Positions 18,461-28,598 of a stretch of DNA of 64,000 nucleotides are shown here, in pieces. Positions within the stretch are counted from its first letter, which is position 1, and each line of letters begins with the position of its first letter. Below the pieces are notes generated by a model. The model searched no databases, was not told the origin of the DNA, and saw nothing but the letters and a program-made list of their open reading frames with translations. Origin of the DNA: an uncultured Chloroflexia bacterium (GTDB lineage Bacteria; Chloroflexota; Limnocylindria; Limnocylindrales; CSP1-4); the NCBI GenBank assembly GCA_963748625.1, contig CAVVJT010000010.1:736001-800000 (forward strand), written 5' to 3'. Made by a program: the position numbers and the translations under genes.

Positions 18461-20059
18461 CTACTCGGCTGCCGGGGCGCCGGCCTCGGTCAGGCGGCTG
18501 ATGACGAAGGCCCGCTCCAGGCTGGCCAGCAGCCAGCCTGCCCTCGGACCGTTGGGCCGGCCGAGGAACGCGAGGTAGAGGGCGTTGAACGCGCCCTTGC
18601 CATCGAGGCCATGCTCCGCAGCGACGGCGAAGATGGCCGCCTGCCACTGCTCGCCGGTCGCGGGAGCATCACCGTGGGCGGCGTCTGCGAGCGCCCGCAG
18701 GAAGCCGCGCTGCTCTGGGCGGAGCAGCTCCGCCTCGACGGGGAGGTGGTCGCGCTTGACCTCGATCACCGCCCGCTCGGGGGCGTAGGCATCCAGCCAC
18801 CGGCGAACGGCGGCCAGGCGGATCTCGAGCTCGGCGGCCTCGGCCGCGGTGAGCGGGGCGCCCTTCTCGGCCTCGACCCGGACCCGCACGTCGATGCCCG
18901 GGATCTGGACGAGGAGCGCGAGATGCGCGAAGGCCGGCCGGAACTGGTCGGCGGCGGTCGCCAGGTCGGCCTCGGGGTCGAGCAGGCTGAACTTGAAGAT
19001 GTTCTCGTGGCCCGACGGGAGCTCGCCCTTGACCTCCTTGCCGGCCGTCGCGGCGGCGAGCCGGTCGAACTCATCGAACAGGCGCGGGATCGCGTCCGTT
19101 CCCTCGGGGTCGAAGTCGAGCGCGGTCTCCGGGCGCTGGCGCACGAAGAGGAAGCGCAGCTGCTCGGGCGGCACGACGCTGCCGATGGTGTGTGCGGCGG
19201 CGCCCCGGCCTTTGGACGTGGACATCTTCTTCCCGCCGATGTTCAGGAACTCGTAGGGGAAGTTGAGCGGTGGCTCGCGCTCGAAGACCTCGCGTGCGAT
19301 CGCGTTCGATCGGTCACGGGAGCCGCCGGCGGTCGCGAGGTCCTTGCCGTTGGGCTCGATGGTGACGCCGAACATGCTCCACTGCGCCGCCCACTCGAGG
19401 TTCCAGGGAAGCTTGGCGGCGCCCCCGAACGGCGCGAGGCGCCCGGTCCAGCCGCATCCGGTCGCCCACTCGACAAGGTCAGGCCTGCAGGCGACGGAGA
19501 CCGTCTGGCCATCCCAGTCGGACGCGATGGTGGTGCCCACCTTGCCGCAGTCCGGGCAGATCACGCCCAGCGGCAGCCAGTGGCTGGGATGCTGGACGTT
19601 GGCGACGCGCCGGTAGACCTCGCGGACGATCTCGGCCTTGTCGAGCGCGATCCGGATGAACGGGTCCATCTGCCCCGTGGGGTAGATGTCGCTCATCCAG
19701 TAGTAGCGGTCGGGCAGGATGCCCAGGCCCGCGAAGGTGTCGATGAAGATGCCCGCGAAGTGGCGCGCATAGCTCGCGTGGCAGTCACCGTGGGGATCGG
19801 GGACGTGCGCCAGCGGGCGGCCCATCTCGCGCTCGATCGCGTCGGGCGAGAGCAGCGCCTGGGCGTCCATCGGGTCGAGGTCGTCCACGCCGTAGAGCAG
19901 CGTGGTCTCGAGGCCGCGGGCGCGCAGGGCACGCGTGATGACGTCGAGGATGACGGGGCCGCGCAGCGAGCCGACGTGGACGGTGCCGGACGGGGTCTTG
20001 GAGTCGTTGACGACCTGGGGGCCCTCAACGCTGGCCGCGAGCTCGTCCGCCCAATCCAC
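18461..20059 (-). CDS. lysS: Lysyl-tRNA synthetase, class I
   Basis: Motifs TPSGTVHVGSLR (HIGH-like), CPDCGK, AKLPW, EPNGKDL, KMSTSKG and GPRAG. Confidence 0.93.
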   Translation of the reverse strand: MDWADELAASVEGPQVVNDSKTPSGTVHVGSLRGPVILDVITRALRARGLETTLLYGVDDLDPMDAQALLSPDAIEREMGRPLAHVPDPHGDCHASYARHFAGIFIDTFAGLGILPDRYYWMSDIYPTGQMDPFIRIALDKAEIVREVYRRVANVQHPSHWLPLGVICPDCGKVGTTIASDWDGQTVSVACRPDLVEWATGCGWTGRLAPFGGAAKLPWNLEWAAQWSMFGVTIEPNGKDLATAGGSRDRSNAIAREVFEREPPLNFPYEFLNIGGKKMSTSKGRGAAAHTIGSVVPPEQLRFLFVRQRPETALDFDPEGTDAIPRLFDEFDRLAAATAGKEVKGELPSGHENIFKFSLLDPEADLATAADQFRPAFAHLALLVQIPGIDVRVRVEAEKGAPLTAAEAAELEIRLAAVRRWLDAYAPERAVIEVKRDHLPVEAELLRPEQRGFLRALADAAHGDAPATGEQWQAAIFAVAAEHGLDGKGAFNALYLAFLGRPNGPRAGWLLASLERAFVISRLTEAGAPAAE

Positions 20060-20147
20060 GATGCTGCCCCTCTCTCCGGCACGCGTGGCGCCGGGTGTGA
20101 CCCGTCGCGCCGCCTGGTGCCGGCCGCGGGGCCGTGATGATTGCTGG

Positions 20148-20612
20148 CTAGCTGATCTTGAGGATCTTGTAGGTGAAGTCGCCGGCGGGGACCTTCACGA
20201 CGACCTTCTCACCCTTCTTGCGGCCCAGCAGGGCGCGCCCGACGGGCGACTCGTTGGAGATCCGACCCGCTGCGGGCTTGGCCTCGGCCGACCCGACGAT
20301 CATGAACGACTCCTCGCCGTCCTCGCCGGTCACCGTCACGGTCGTGCCGATCGTGACGTGGTCGGTCGAATGGTTCTCGTCGATCAGGGTGGCGTTCTTG
20401 ATCATCGCCTCGAGCGTCTGGATCCGGCCCTCGACGAACGCCTGCTCGTTCTTGGCGTCCTCGTACTCGGCGTTCTCCGAGAGATCGCCGTGCTCCTTCG
20501 CGTCGTGGATCCGCTGGGCGATCTCGGGACGGCGGACATTGGTCATCTCGGTGAGCTCCTCGCGGAGCTTGTCGAGGCCGTCCTTGCTGATGTAGGTCGT
20601 CTTGCTGTTCAC
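20148..20612 (-). CDS. greA: Transcription elongation factor GreA
   Basis: Motifs HGDLSENAEY and ISNESPVGRALLG. Confidence 0.97.
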   Translation of the reverse strand: MNSKTTYISKDGLDKLREELTEMTNVRRPEIAQRIHDAKEHGDLSENAEYEDAKNEQAFVEGRIQTLEAMIKNATLIDENHSTDHVTIGTTVTVTGEDGEESFMIVGSAEAKPAAGRISNESPVGRALLGRKKGEKVVVKVPAGDFTYKILKIS

Positions 20613-20831
20613 GCGGGTGGACCCCCGGAAGGCGGGACGTGCGCCGGCTGGCGCCGCCGCTTGGATCGCTATGGAACAAAAGGACCCCGGGGCGCCAGAC
20701 GTGCGCCGCCGAGGCTCGTGGATCGGCCGGAATGGTATCGGCGGAGGGCCGATTCCGTCAACGTGCCGGAGCGCGCGCTGCGGGAGGGAGCGTCGGCCGA
20801 CAGGCCGGTTCTGCGCGTGGTGTGTGTGCGG

Positions 20832-21947
20832 TCAGAACCGGATCAGGCGCAGCGCGTTGTCACGGTAGACGGCGCGGAGCACGGCCTCGGGCAGATGGAG
20901 CCCGTGGATCCGCCAGCGACCCTGGGTGGGCGCCTCGTCGGGGTCCGCGTCGTACGGGAACGACTCGTCGGCCGTCTCGAGGAACCGGTAGTAGACCGCC
21001 CACCACGCGGGGTCGGGCGCCATGTCGGTCCCGAAGAGGACACGGTCGGCCCAACGCAGGATGAATCCGCGGGCGGTGTAGGGCTGACGTCCGAGCTCGG
21101 CGATACGGGCGGCAAGGTCCACGTGGAAGTTCGGGCAGCGCTCGAGGATGGCCGAGACCCGTGCCAGGTCCTCCGCGGCGCAGCCCACGTGCGCCCCGAT
21201 GAACGTCGTCCCGGGATGGCGCGCGACCACAGCCTCCAGTCCGTCGATCAGCTCGTCGAACGGCGGGAAGCCATCAACGTCCGGGCGGCCAGGTGGCCGC
21301 ATCGGCCAGAAGTGCCAGTCCGGGTGACCGTGAAGCTCCTCCCAGCGTTCGTTGCGTGCGTCGAGGGGCTCGAAGAACGCGACCGGGTCGGCGACGTGGA
21401 TCGTCACCGGCACGCCAAGGTCTCCAGCCGCCGCCCAGAGGGGGTCAAGGCGTTGATCGTCGACCGGCACGAGCCGCCGGGACACGTCCCGCGCTCGCAG
21501 GCCGAGGAGCTTCCAGACCTTGAGCCCGCGCGCGCCCGCCGCCACGGAATCCCGCAGGCGGGCTGCCTCGGACTCGCCGAACCGGCGGTCCTCCGCCCAG
21601 GAGGCGTAGTCCAGGCCCGCGAAGACGGCCACGCGGCCGGGAAGGGCCTCCTGCCAGCGTGTCACCTCGGCCCGGAGCGCATCGCCCCAGCCACCGTCCA
21701 GGTCCACGATGCGCTCCACGCCCGCCGAGTCCATGACGGCCGCCAGCTCAGCGGCCGACCGCGTCGACCAGTCGCCACCGAAGGGCACGCCGAGGTGATT
21801 GTGGGCGTCGATGGCGGGCACGACCGGGAGGGGCACGTGATGCTCCTCGGTACGCATCGCCTGGCGCGGGCGGTAGTCCTCCAGCGCGATCGGCTCAGCC
21901 GTCTGTACGGGCTCGCCCGCCGCGTCCTGCTCCCCGACCCCGCTCAC
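20832..21947 (-). CDS. Amidohydrolase-family protein
   Basis: Motifs IDAHNH, GARGLK, VTIHVADP, GAHVG and RVLFGTD. The start overlaps the permease stop. Confidence 0.87.
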   Translation of the reverse strand: MSGVGEQDAAGEPVQTAEPIALEDYRPRQAMRTEEHHVPLPVVPAIDAHNHLGVPFGGDWSTRSAAELAAVMDSAGVERIVDLDGGWGDALRAEVTRWQEALPGRVAVFAGLDYASWAEDRRFGESEAARLRDSVAAGARGLKVWKLLGLRARDVSRRLVPVDDQRLDPLWAAAGDLGVPVTIHVADPVAFFEPLDARNERWEELHGHPDWHFWPMRPPGRPDVDGFPPFDELIDGLEAVVARHPGTTFIGAHVGCAAEDLARVSAILERCPNFHVDLAARIAELGRQPYTARGFILRWADRVLFGTDMAPDPAWWAVYYRFLETADESFPYDADPDEAPTQGRWRIHGLHLPEAVLRAVYRDNALRLIRF

Positions 21948-22831
21948 CCCTTGAGCCCTGTGAGAGCGATGCCGCGGACGAAGTACTTCTGCGCGATCAC
22001 GAACAGCGTGATCATCGGCACGAGGCTCACCATCGCGCCCGCCATCATCTCGGGCCACTTGCCCACGAACTGGCCCTGGAAGAACGCCAGGCCCACCGTG
22101 GTCGTGTACTGGTCCAGGTCCCGCAGGTAGATCAGCGGGATGAGCAGGTCGTTCCAGGACCACATGAAGATGAAGATCGCCAGGGTCGCGAGCGCCGGCC
22201 GGGCCAGCGGCAGGTACACGTGCCGGTAGACCTGCCACGGGTTCGCCCCATCCACCCGCGCAGCGTCGGCCAGCTCGGTCGGGATGGCGAGGAAGAACTG
22301 GCGCAGCAGGAAGATCCCGAACGCGCCGCCCAGCCACGCGCCCAGCCAGAGCGGCTCCTGGGTCCCGATGAAGTTGCCCGAGTCGCTGAACGGGTTCGGC
22401 AGCGTCCGCCAGAGGATGAAGTTCGGCACCAGGACCACCTGGAACGGGATGATCAGCGTCGCCATGAGGATCCCGAACAGGAAGCCCTTGCCGCGGAACG
22501 GCATGACCGCGAACGCGAAGGCCGCCAGCGAGCAGGCGAACACCTCGCCGATCGTGTTGAGGCTCGCGATCTTGAGCGAGTTGAGGAAGAAGGTGCCGAA
22601 GGTGACCTCGCCGAAGGCGTTCCACATCCGCACGTAGTTGTCCCAGTGGGGCCCCGTGGGCAGCGACAGCGGCGGCGCTCCGAAGACCTCCGCCCGGGTC
22701 TTGAGCGAGGTCAGGAGCATCCAGAAGAAGGGCACCATCATCAGGAGCCCGCCGAGGATCAAGGTGGCGTATGCCCCCGCCTTGCCGGCCAGTCGGCGAC
22801 CGCGTCCCCGGCGACGTGTGACAGTGCTCAC
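21944..22831 (-). CDS. Carbohydrate ABC permease (MalG-like)
   Basis: EAA loop LRQFFLAIPTELADAARVDGA and WNDLL. Confidence 0.93.
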   Translation of the reverse strand: MSTVTRRRGRGRRLAGKAGAYATLILGGLLMMVPFFWMLLTSLKTRAEVFGAPPLSLPTGPHWDNYVRMWNAFGEVTFGTFFLNSLKIASLNTIGEVFACSLAAFAFAVMPFRGKGFLFGILMATLIIPFQVVLVPNFILWRTLPNPFSDSGNFIGTQEPLWLGAWLGGAFGIFLLRQFFLAIPTELADAARVDGANPWQVYRHVYLPLARPALATLAIFIFMWSWNDLLIPLIYLRDLDQYTTTVGLAFFQGQFVGKWPEMMAGAMVSLVPMITLFVIAQKYFVRGIALTGLKG

Positions 22832-22841
22832 GTGCCGGCCC

Positions 22842-23768
22842 TCACTGGTAGTGCACCCAGCGCCGCTGGGAGCGGAAGTACAGGAACATGAGGACTGCGA
22901 CGACCAGGAACAGGATCCACGAGGCCGCGCTCGCGTAGCCCATCTTGAAGTTGCGGAAGCCGTTCTCGTAGATGAAGTAGACCATCGTGATCGTCGCGTT
23001 GGTCGGCTTGCCGGGTCGGGACAGGACGAAGACCTGGTCGAACACCTGGAAGGCGCCGATGAGGCTGAGGATCCCGGTGAAGAAGAGGCTCGGGGTGAGG
23101 AGCGGCAGCGTCACGTGGCGGAACCGGACACGCCGCCCGGCGCCATCCACGCTGGCCGCGTCGTAATAGTCGGTGGGGATGGCCTGGAGCCCGGCCAGGA
23201 AGATGATCGTGTTGGCCGGCAGCCCCTGCCAGATCGACATCACGATGATCGCGGGCATGGCCCAGAACGGATCGGTGACCCACTTCTGGCCAGGGATCCC
23301 GAACACGCCCAGGACCTGGTTCAGCAGCCCGCTCGTGGGGCTGTAGATCCAGGCCCAGACGAGGCCGACCGCGATCGCCGAGGTGACGAGGGGCAGGAAG
23401 TACATGGTCCGGATCCACGAGATGCCCCGGAGCGACTGGTTGAGCGCGAGCGCCAGGCCCAGCGACAGGGCCAGGCCCAGCGGCACCGACACCACGGTGT
23501 AGAAGGTGGTGTTCCGCAGGGCGTAGAAGAACCGCGGGTCGTCGACGAGCCGCTGGTAGTTGCCCAGGCCCACAAAGTCCGGCGAGGTCAGCAGGTCCCA
23601 CTTCGTCAGGCTGATCCCGAAGGTGGCGATGATGGGCCCGGCCGAGAGGAACACCAGGCCGAGCACCATCGGCAACACGAAGAGGTAGGCCCAGCGGGCC
23701 TCCCCGCCGCGTGGCCCGGAGCCGGACCGGCCCGTCGCGCCGGGCCCGCGCCCGCGCGTGAACCGCAT
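22842..23768 (-). CDS. Carbohydrate ABC permease (MalF-like)
   Basis: Motifs FVGLGNY, FLAGLQAIP..YDAASVDGA and MGYASA. The exact start is uncertain. Confidence 0.92.
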   Translation of the reverse strand: MRFTRGRGPGATGRSGSGPRGGEARWAYLFVLPMVLGLVFLSAGPIIATFGISLTKWDLLTSPDFVGLGNYQRLVDDPRFFYALRNTTFYTVVSVPLGLALSLGLALALNQSLRGISWIRTMYFLPLVTSAIAVGLVWAWIYSPTSGLLNQVLGVFGIPGQKWVTDPFWAMPAIIVMSIWQGLPANTIIFLAGLQAIPTDYYDAASVDGAGRRVRFRHVTLPLLTPSLFFTGILSLIGAFQVFDQVFVLSRPGKPTNATITMVYFIYENGFRNFKMGYASAASWILFLVVAVLMFLYFRSQRRWVHYQ

Positions 23769-23852
23769 GCCGATCCAGCCCGACCCGTAGGAGGGGCGGT
23801 CAGGGGGTCGGTCACGGCATGCGGTCCCGTGCTGCGGCTGCGCCGTGCCAGG

Positions 23853-25238
23853 CTACTGGCCGGCGCCTGCGAGGATCTGGTTCAGCTGGTCGTTGACCGT
23901 GGCGAGCGCCTGGGCAGCCGTCACGTTCGCCTCGTTGAACACGTTCGCGTCGAGCTCAGTCTGCAGGATCGTGTTGAACTCGTTGTACCCGGCGAACGCT
24001 GGCTTGAGGCGGGCGAAGGCGAGGGAGTCGGCGAAGACCTGGGCGCCGTCGAACGAGCCGGCGTACGTGGTGGACAGGATCTCCTTGTTCACCGGGACCG
24101 AGGCCTTGAGGGCCATGATCTTCTCCTGCGCCTCGGGGCTCGCGAGGTACTTGGCGAGCATCCACGAGGCCTCGGGCGCCTTGGTGCCCGAGTAGACCAC
24201 CGCACCCGTCGGGTTGACGGACGTCGCCTTGCCTGCGGGGCCGGCGGGCAGCGGCGCGATGCCGAAGTTGATGCCTGCGGCCTCATGCGTGGGCACGAGC
24301 CATGAGCCGTTGATCTCCATGGCCGCGACACCCTGCTCGAAGGCATCGCCGGTCTCGGCGAAGATCGCGGGCTCGGGAACGATCTTGTCCTTCCAGATGA
24401 GGTCCTGGAGGAACTGGATCCCGGCCGCCGACTCGGGCTTGTCGAGCGCGGTCTGGGTGCCGTCGGCGTTGAGGATGTCGCCTCCCGCCTGCCACACGAA
24501 GGAGGACCAGGCGTTCTCCATGTCGGTGGTCTCGGTGTAGAGGCCCCACTGGTCGATGGTGCCGTCGCCGTTCGTGTCCTTGGTGAGCTGCTTGCCGACC
24601 TCGACCAGCTTGGCCCACGTCCACGTGTCGTCCGGGTAGGCGATCCCGGCCGCGTCGAACATGTCCTTGTTGTAGTAGAGCGCGATGACGTTGAGGTCGC
24701 GCGGCAGGCCGAAGACGACGCCGTCCTTGGTCGTGAAGTCCTTCACAGCGTTGTCGTCGAGCTGGCCCAGGTCGTACCCGTCCTTCTCGATGTAGGGCGT
24801 CAGGTCCAGGAGGACGTCCCGGGTCTGGTAGTCCGGTCCCAGCGGACCGTCCATCGCGAAGACGTCGGGGGCGGCGCCACCGGCGAGGCCGGTCTGGAGC
24901 TTGTCCCAGTAGGCGTCCCAGTCGGCCACGGTCACGTCGACCTTGATGTTCGGGTTCGCCGCAGTGAACCCTTCGACGACGGCCTTCTGGCTGTTGATCT
25001 CGGCCGGGTCGCCCCAGATGGCGTACTCGATGGTGACGGGCGGCCCGTCGTAGCCGGTACCGGTGCCCGTGCTGGCGCCGGGCTCGCCGGACGCGGCCGG
25101 CGCCCCGGTTGCCGCCGCGGGCGTGCCACCGGTCGAGGCGGAGGGGGTGGACGAGCCGCCGCACGCCGCGACGACCAGGATGGTGCCGGCGACGGCGGCA
25201 GCGAGGCGCCACGACCGGGCGCGGATCGGTGTTCGCAT
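23853..25238 (-). CDS. Sugar ABC substrate-binding lipoprotein
   Basis: Lipobox VAAC, then APDVF, LYYNKDMFDAAGI, WTW and AMEINGSW. RBS GGAGGA. Confidence 0.93.
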   Translation of the reverse strand: MRTPIRARSWRLAAAVAGTILVVAACGGSSTPSASTGGTPAAATGAPAASGEPGASTGTGTGYDGPPVTIEYAIWGDPAEINSQKAVVEGFTAANPNIKVDVTVADWDAYWDKLQTGLAGGAAPDVFAMDGPLGPDYQTRDVLLDLTPYIEKDGYDLGQLDDNAVKDFTTKDGVVFGLPRDLNVIALYYNKDMFDAAGIAYPDDTWTWAKLVEVGKQLTKDTNGDGTIDQWGLYTETTDMENAWSSFVWQAGGDILNADGTQTALDKPESAAGIQFLQDLIWKDKIVPEPAIFAETGDAFEQGVAAMEINGSWLVPTHEAAGINFGIAPLPAGPAGKATSVNPTGAVVYSGTKAPEASWMLAKYLASPEAQEKIMALKASVPVNKEILSTTYAGSFDGAQVFADSLAFARLKPAFAGYNEFNTILQTELDANVFNEANVTAAQALATVNDQLNQILAGAGQ

Positions 25239-25258
25239 CGGGTGCTTCCTCCAGGAGT

Positions 25259-26587
25259 TCAGGAGAGCCAGTCGGGGGCCGAGCCACCCAGCCACTCGGG
25301 GAGCCATTCCCCCTCGGCGTCGATCAGGTCATCGGTCATACGCCAGGCGTCGTCCAGCGAGAGGCGGGCCTGGACCATCGGATCGGTGAGCACGGCGTGG
25401 TAGACGAGGTCGCGATCCTCCAGGAGCGCCGCGGTCACGGTGAGCTCCTGGCAGTCAACGGCGGGACGGGTATAAGCCGCGCATTGCGGCGGCAGGGCGC
25501 CGACAGGGACGGGCTGCACGCCGAGGCCGTCCACGAGCGCCGGCACCTCGACGCAGGCATCCGCAGCCAGGTTGGCGATCAGCGTCGGGCCGCCACCCGA
25601 CCGGTCGTTCATCACGTTCGCGACGATCCGGGCCGGCTGCCCTGTGACCATTGCGTTCACGATCACCGCCGCATACTCGCCGCTCCGCTCGATCTCGAAC
25701 GGCTCACCAGCGTCGAGGCGGCGCTTGGTCTCGTCGTACTCGCCCAGGTTGTTGGCGACCCGGTCGAGGTACTCGCCGATGGGGATGTGGAACGCCTCGA
25801 CCTGGTCCTTGGGGATGAACCAGGGGTTGTACTCGGCGTGGTGCTCGCTCGACTCGGTCGGGTAGAAGCCGAACCGGCGGTACAGGTCCGCACGGACGAG
25901 GTCATCGGGGGGGACGCGGCCCGCCTCCACGAACGCGGCGACATCGGGGTAGAGGTCGCGTCCGCGGTGCTGCAGCCGCAGGATCCAGGCGAGGTGGTTG
26001 ACGCCGGCGGAGAGTGCGTCGACCTCGTTCGCCGGCACGCCGACGTACTCGGCCAACCGGTCGACGGTCCAGTACACCGAGTGGCAGAGCCCCACGACCG
26101 GGATGCCGACCGCCTCGTCCACCGCCCGCACGAGCATGCCCATCGGGTTGGTGTAGTTGAGGAGCATGGCGTCGGGGGCCACATCGGCGATGTCCGCTGC
26201 GATCCCGAGCGTCACCGGGATCGACCGCAGGCCGCGGAGCACGCCGCCCGCGTTGATGGTGTCGTTGATCGTGTAGCGCAGCCCATAGCGGCCCGGGACG
26301 TCGAAGTCGACCTGGGTTGCCCGCGCGCCGCCCACCTGGATCGTGTTGATCACGAAGTCGGCGTCCTCGAGGGCATCGAGCCGGTCGAGGCTGGCGCGGA
26401 TGGCGGGGGTCGCGCCGAGCGCGCCCGCCGTCCAGACCGCCATGCGCTCGGCCGTGTGCAGGCGGTCGGGGTCGATGTCGTGGAGGACGATCTCGGCGTC
26501 GCGGAGGGCGTCGAAGGTGAGGATGTCGCCGAGCAGGTTGCGTGTGAACTCCACGCTCCCTGCTCCGACGAGCACGATCCGGGTCAT
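25259..26587 (-). CDS. GH4 NAD+-dependent glycosidase (alpha-galactosidase-like)
   Basis: Motifs IVLVGAGSVEF, ADFVINTIQVGG, LNYTNP, GLCHS, AGVNH and ESSEH. Confidence 0.9.
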   Translation of the reverse strand: MTRIVLVGAGSVEFTRNLLGDILTFDALRDAEIVLHDIDPDRLHTAERMAVWTAGALGATPAIRASLDRLDALEDADFVINTIQVGGARATQVDFDVPGRYGLRYTINDTINAGGVLRGLRSIPVTLGIAADIADVAPDAMLLNYTNPMGMLVRAVDEAVGIPVVGLCHSVYWTVDRLAEYVGVPANEVDALSAGVNHLAWILRLQHRGRDLYPDVAAFVEAGRVPPDDLVRADLYRRFGFYPTESSEHHAEYNPWFIPKDQVEAFHIPIGEYLDRVANNLGEYDETKRRLDAGEPFEIERSGEYAAVIVNAMVTGQPARIVANVMNDRSGGGPTLIANLAADACVEVPALVDGLGVQPVPVGALPPQCAAYTRPAVDCQELTVTAALLEDRDLVYHAVLTDPMVQARLSLDDAWRMTDDLIDAEGEWLPEWLGGSAPDWLS

Positions 26588-27675
26588 GCCTGCTCCTCCG
26601 GCCCGCCCACGAGGATGTGGCGCAGGCCCTGACTGTGGTACCGCTCGATCCAGGCGGGATGGTCCGGGTTTGCGCCGCGGCGGCGGGCAAGGCCGAACGC
26701 CAGCAGCGCGACGGGCGGGACGCTGTGGAGCGGCGCCTGGTCCTCGATTGCGGCCACCGGGATCGGCAGCAGCTCGGAGGTCTCGACCAGCCGCTCCGGT
26801 CCCACCTCGATGGTGGTGCTGCCCCACGCCGCGGCATGGCGGAGCAGGTCCGCAAGCGCAGGGCGCGCGGGGCCACCGGGCGCGAGGGCGATGACGGCCG
26901 CGGTGGGCCCGAGCATGGTCGCCGCGCCCGAGGTCATCTCCCAGGCCTCCGAGCCCTCGGCATGGACGAGCGCCATCTCCTTGAGCTTGAGCGCCGCCTC
27001 CTGGGCCGCTGGCCAGCCGAGGCCACCGCCGGTGACGAAGAGGTGCTCGACGGTGGCGAGCCGGTCCGCGAGGGGCTCGACCAGCTCCTCGGCGTCGGCG
27101 ATCGCCTGCTCGCTGTGGCCCGCGGCCTCGAGGATCGCCTGCGCGACCTGGTCCGCCCGCTCGCCGCCAAGCATCTCCATGAGCAGGAGCTCGGTGGCGA
27201 CCAGGGTGGCCGAGAAGGTCTTGGTCATCACCGGCACGGTGGACGGGCCGCCCGCTGAGAAGACCACCTCGGAAGCGACACGGGTGAGCGTGGACCCCGG
27301 CACGTGCACGATGCCGGCGAGCGGTGCGCGCCCGCGGAGGGCTTCGGCGACGGCGACGACGTCCCTGAACTCGCCTGACGAGCTGATGCCGATCACCGCA
27401 TCGCCCGGCCCGAGCTGCGGCGGGTAGCGGAGCATCTCCGCGGCGGTCAGCGCGATCACGGCCGGATCGTCGGGAGTCGCGTGCCGGCGGTAGAGCGCTG
27501 CACTTGCGAGGCTCGAGTGGAAGCTGGTGCCGTTGCCGATCACGTGGATCCGGCGGACCCCGCGTGCCCTCCAGCGGCCCGCGATCTCGCGGGCCTGGTC
27601 GCGGGCGCTGTCGACGGTGGCCCTGATGGCCTCCGGTCCTTCCCGGATCTCGGTCGGGACGACTCCCTGGAGCAT
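26584..27675 (-). CDS. Double-SIS sugar-phosphate isomerase/deaminase/deglycase (GlmS/AgaS/FrlB-like)
   Basis: Motifs EIREGP, GNGTS, ISSSGE, TKTF, EAALKLKE and NPDHP. There is no glutaminase domain. Confidence 0.88.
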   Translation of the reverse strand: MLQGVVPTEIREGPEAIRATVDSARDQAREIAGRWRARGVRRIHVIGNGTSFHSSLASAALYRRHATPDDPAVIALTAAEMLRYPPQLGPGDAVIGISSSGEFRDVVAVAEALRGRAPLAGIVHVPGSTLTRVASEVVFSAGGPSTVPVMTKTFSATLVATELLLMEMLGGERADQVAQAILEAAGHSEQAIADAEELVEPLADRLATVEHLFVTGGGLGWPAAQEAALKLKEMALVHAEGSEAWEMTSGAATMLGPTAAVIALAPGGPARPALADLLRHAAAWGSTTIEVGPERLVETSELLPIPVAAIEDQAPLHSVPPVALLAFGLARRRGANPDHPAWIERYHSQGLRHILVGGPEEQA

Positions 27676-28478
27676 CAGTGAACCTCCGGCACACGGGGCC
27701 TGGTCGCAGTTTCGACGGGTGCCGCAGGGCCTGCGGCGACGATGACTTCGACCCCTCGCTCGCGGACGGCGTCAAGGATGTCGGGCGCCACGGCGGAATC
27801 GGTCACGAGGACATCGACATCCTCGAGTCCGAACACGAATCCGGGCTCGACCAGGGCGAACTTGGACGCGTCGGCAAGGACCACGCAGGTGCGCGCCATC
27901 CGGCGGAGCGCCCGGTCGGTTAGGATCTCGGGAACCGAATCGTTCATCAGCCCCTGCTCGGGGTTGATCGCGCCCACGCCCATCACCAGCAGGTCCGCGC
28001 GCAGCTCATCGGTGGCGAGTTCGGCGAGATGGCCCAGCATCGAGTGCATCTTCGGGCGGACCACACCACCCAGGACGATCAGCTCGATCCCCTCCCTGTC
28101 GAGCAGGGCGTTGGCCACGTCAAGCGCGTTCGTGATGACCGTGAGCCGGCGGCCGGCCAGCTCACGCGCGAACGCGAGCGCGGTGCTGCCGCTGCCAATC
28201 GCGACCGTGGCACCATCAAGAACGAGGCGGGCCGCCGCACCCGCGATCGCGAGCTTCGCGCCTGCCTGGGGGTCGGCCAGCGTTCCGGCAGGGATGCGGT
28301 CGGCCAGGGCGGCGCCGCCATAGGTCCGCACGACCCTGCCCTCACGGGCGAGACGGTCGAGATCGCGGCGGATGGTCGAAGGAGTGACGCCCAGCACTGC
28401 GGCGAGGCCGGCGACAGAATCGCGCCCGGTGGCCTGCAGCTGGTCGAGGATGCGCGATCGGCGCTCGGCGTCCCGCAT
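27675..28478 (-). CDS. DeoR/GlpR-family transcriptional regulator
   Basis: HTH GVTPSTIRRDL..RTYGGA, GSGST, VITNA and LADASKF. The start is placed at MRDAERR (apparently leaderless); the ORF track starts at 28487. Confidence 0.92.
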   Translation of the reverse strand: MRDAERRSRILDQLQATGRDSVAGLAAVLGVTPSTIRRDLDRLAREGRVVRTYGGAALADRIPAGTLADPQAGAKLAIAGAAARLVLDGATVAIGSGSTALAFARELAGRRLTVITNALDVANALLDREGIELIVLGGVVRPKMHSMLGHLAELATDELRADLLVMGVGAINPEQGLMNDSVPEILTDRALRRMARTCVVLADASKFALVEPGFVFGLEDVDVLVTDSAVAPDILDAVRERGVEVIVAAGPAAPVETATRPRVPEVH

Positions 28479-28598
28479 GCGCACCATGATGGGCCTCTCG
28501 TGCGCGTTGTGTCAATGATTCTGCGTGATATGCGCATTCTGCTTGAACTGGTGCGCGTTTGTTGCGCACTGGCGCGCAGGGCGCCTACGATCCACTGC
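28479..28598. promoter_or_regulatory. Divergent promoters with phased TGCGCR repeats (candidate DeoR operator)
   Basis: Leftward TTGACA-N18-CATCAT and rightward TTGCGC-N18-TACGAT. TGCGY-like hexamers sit at 28501, 28522, 28531, 28552 and 28563. Confidence 0.6.
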
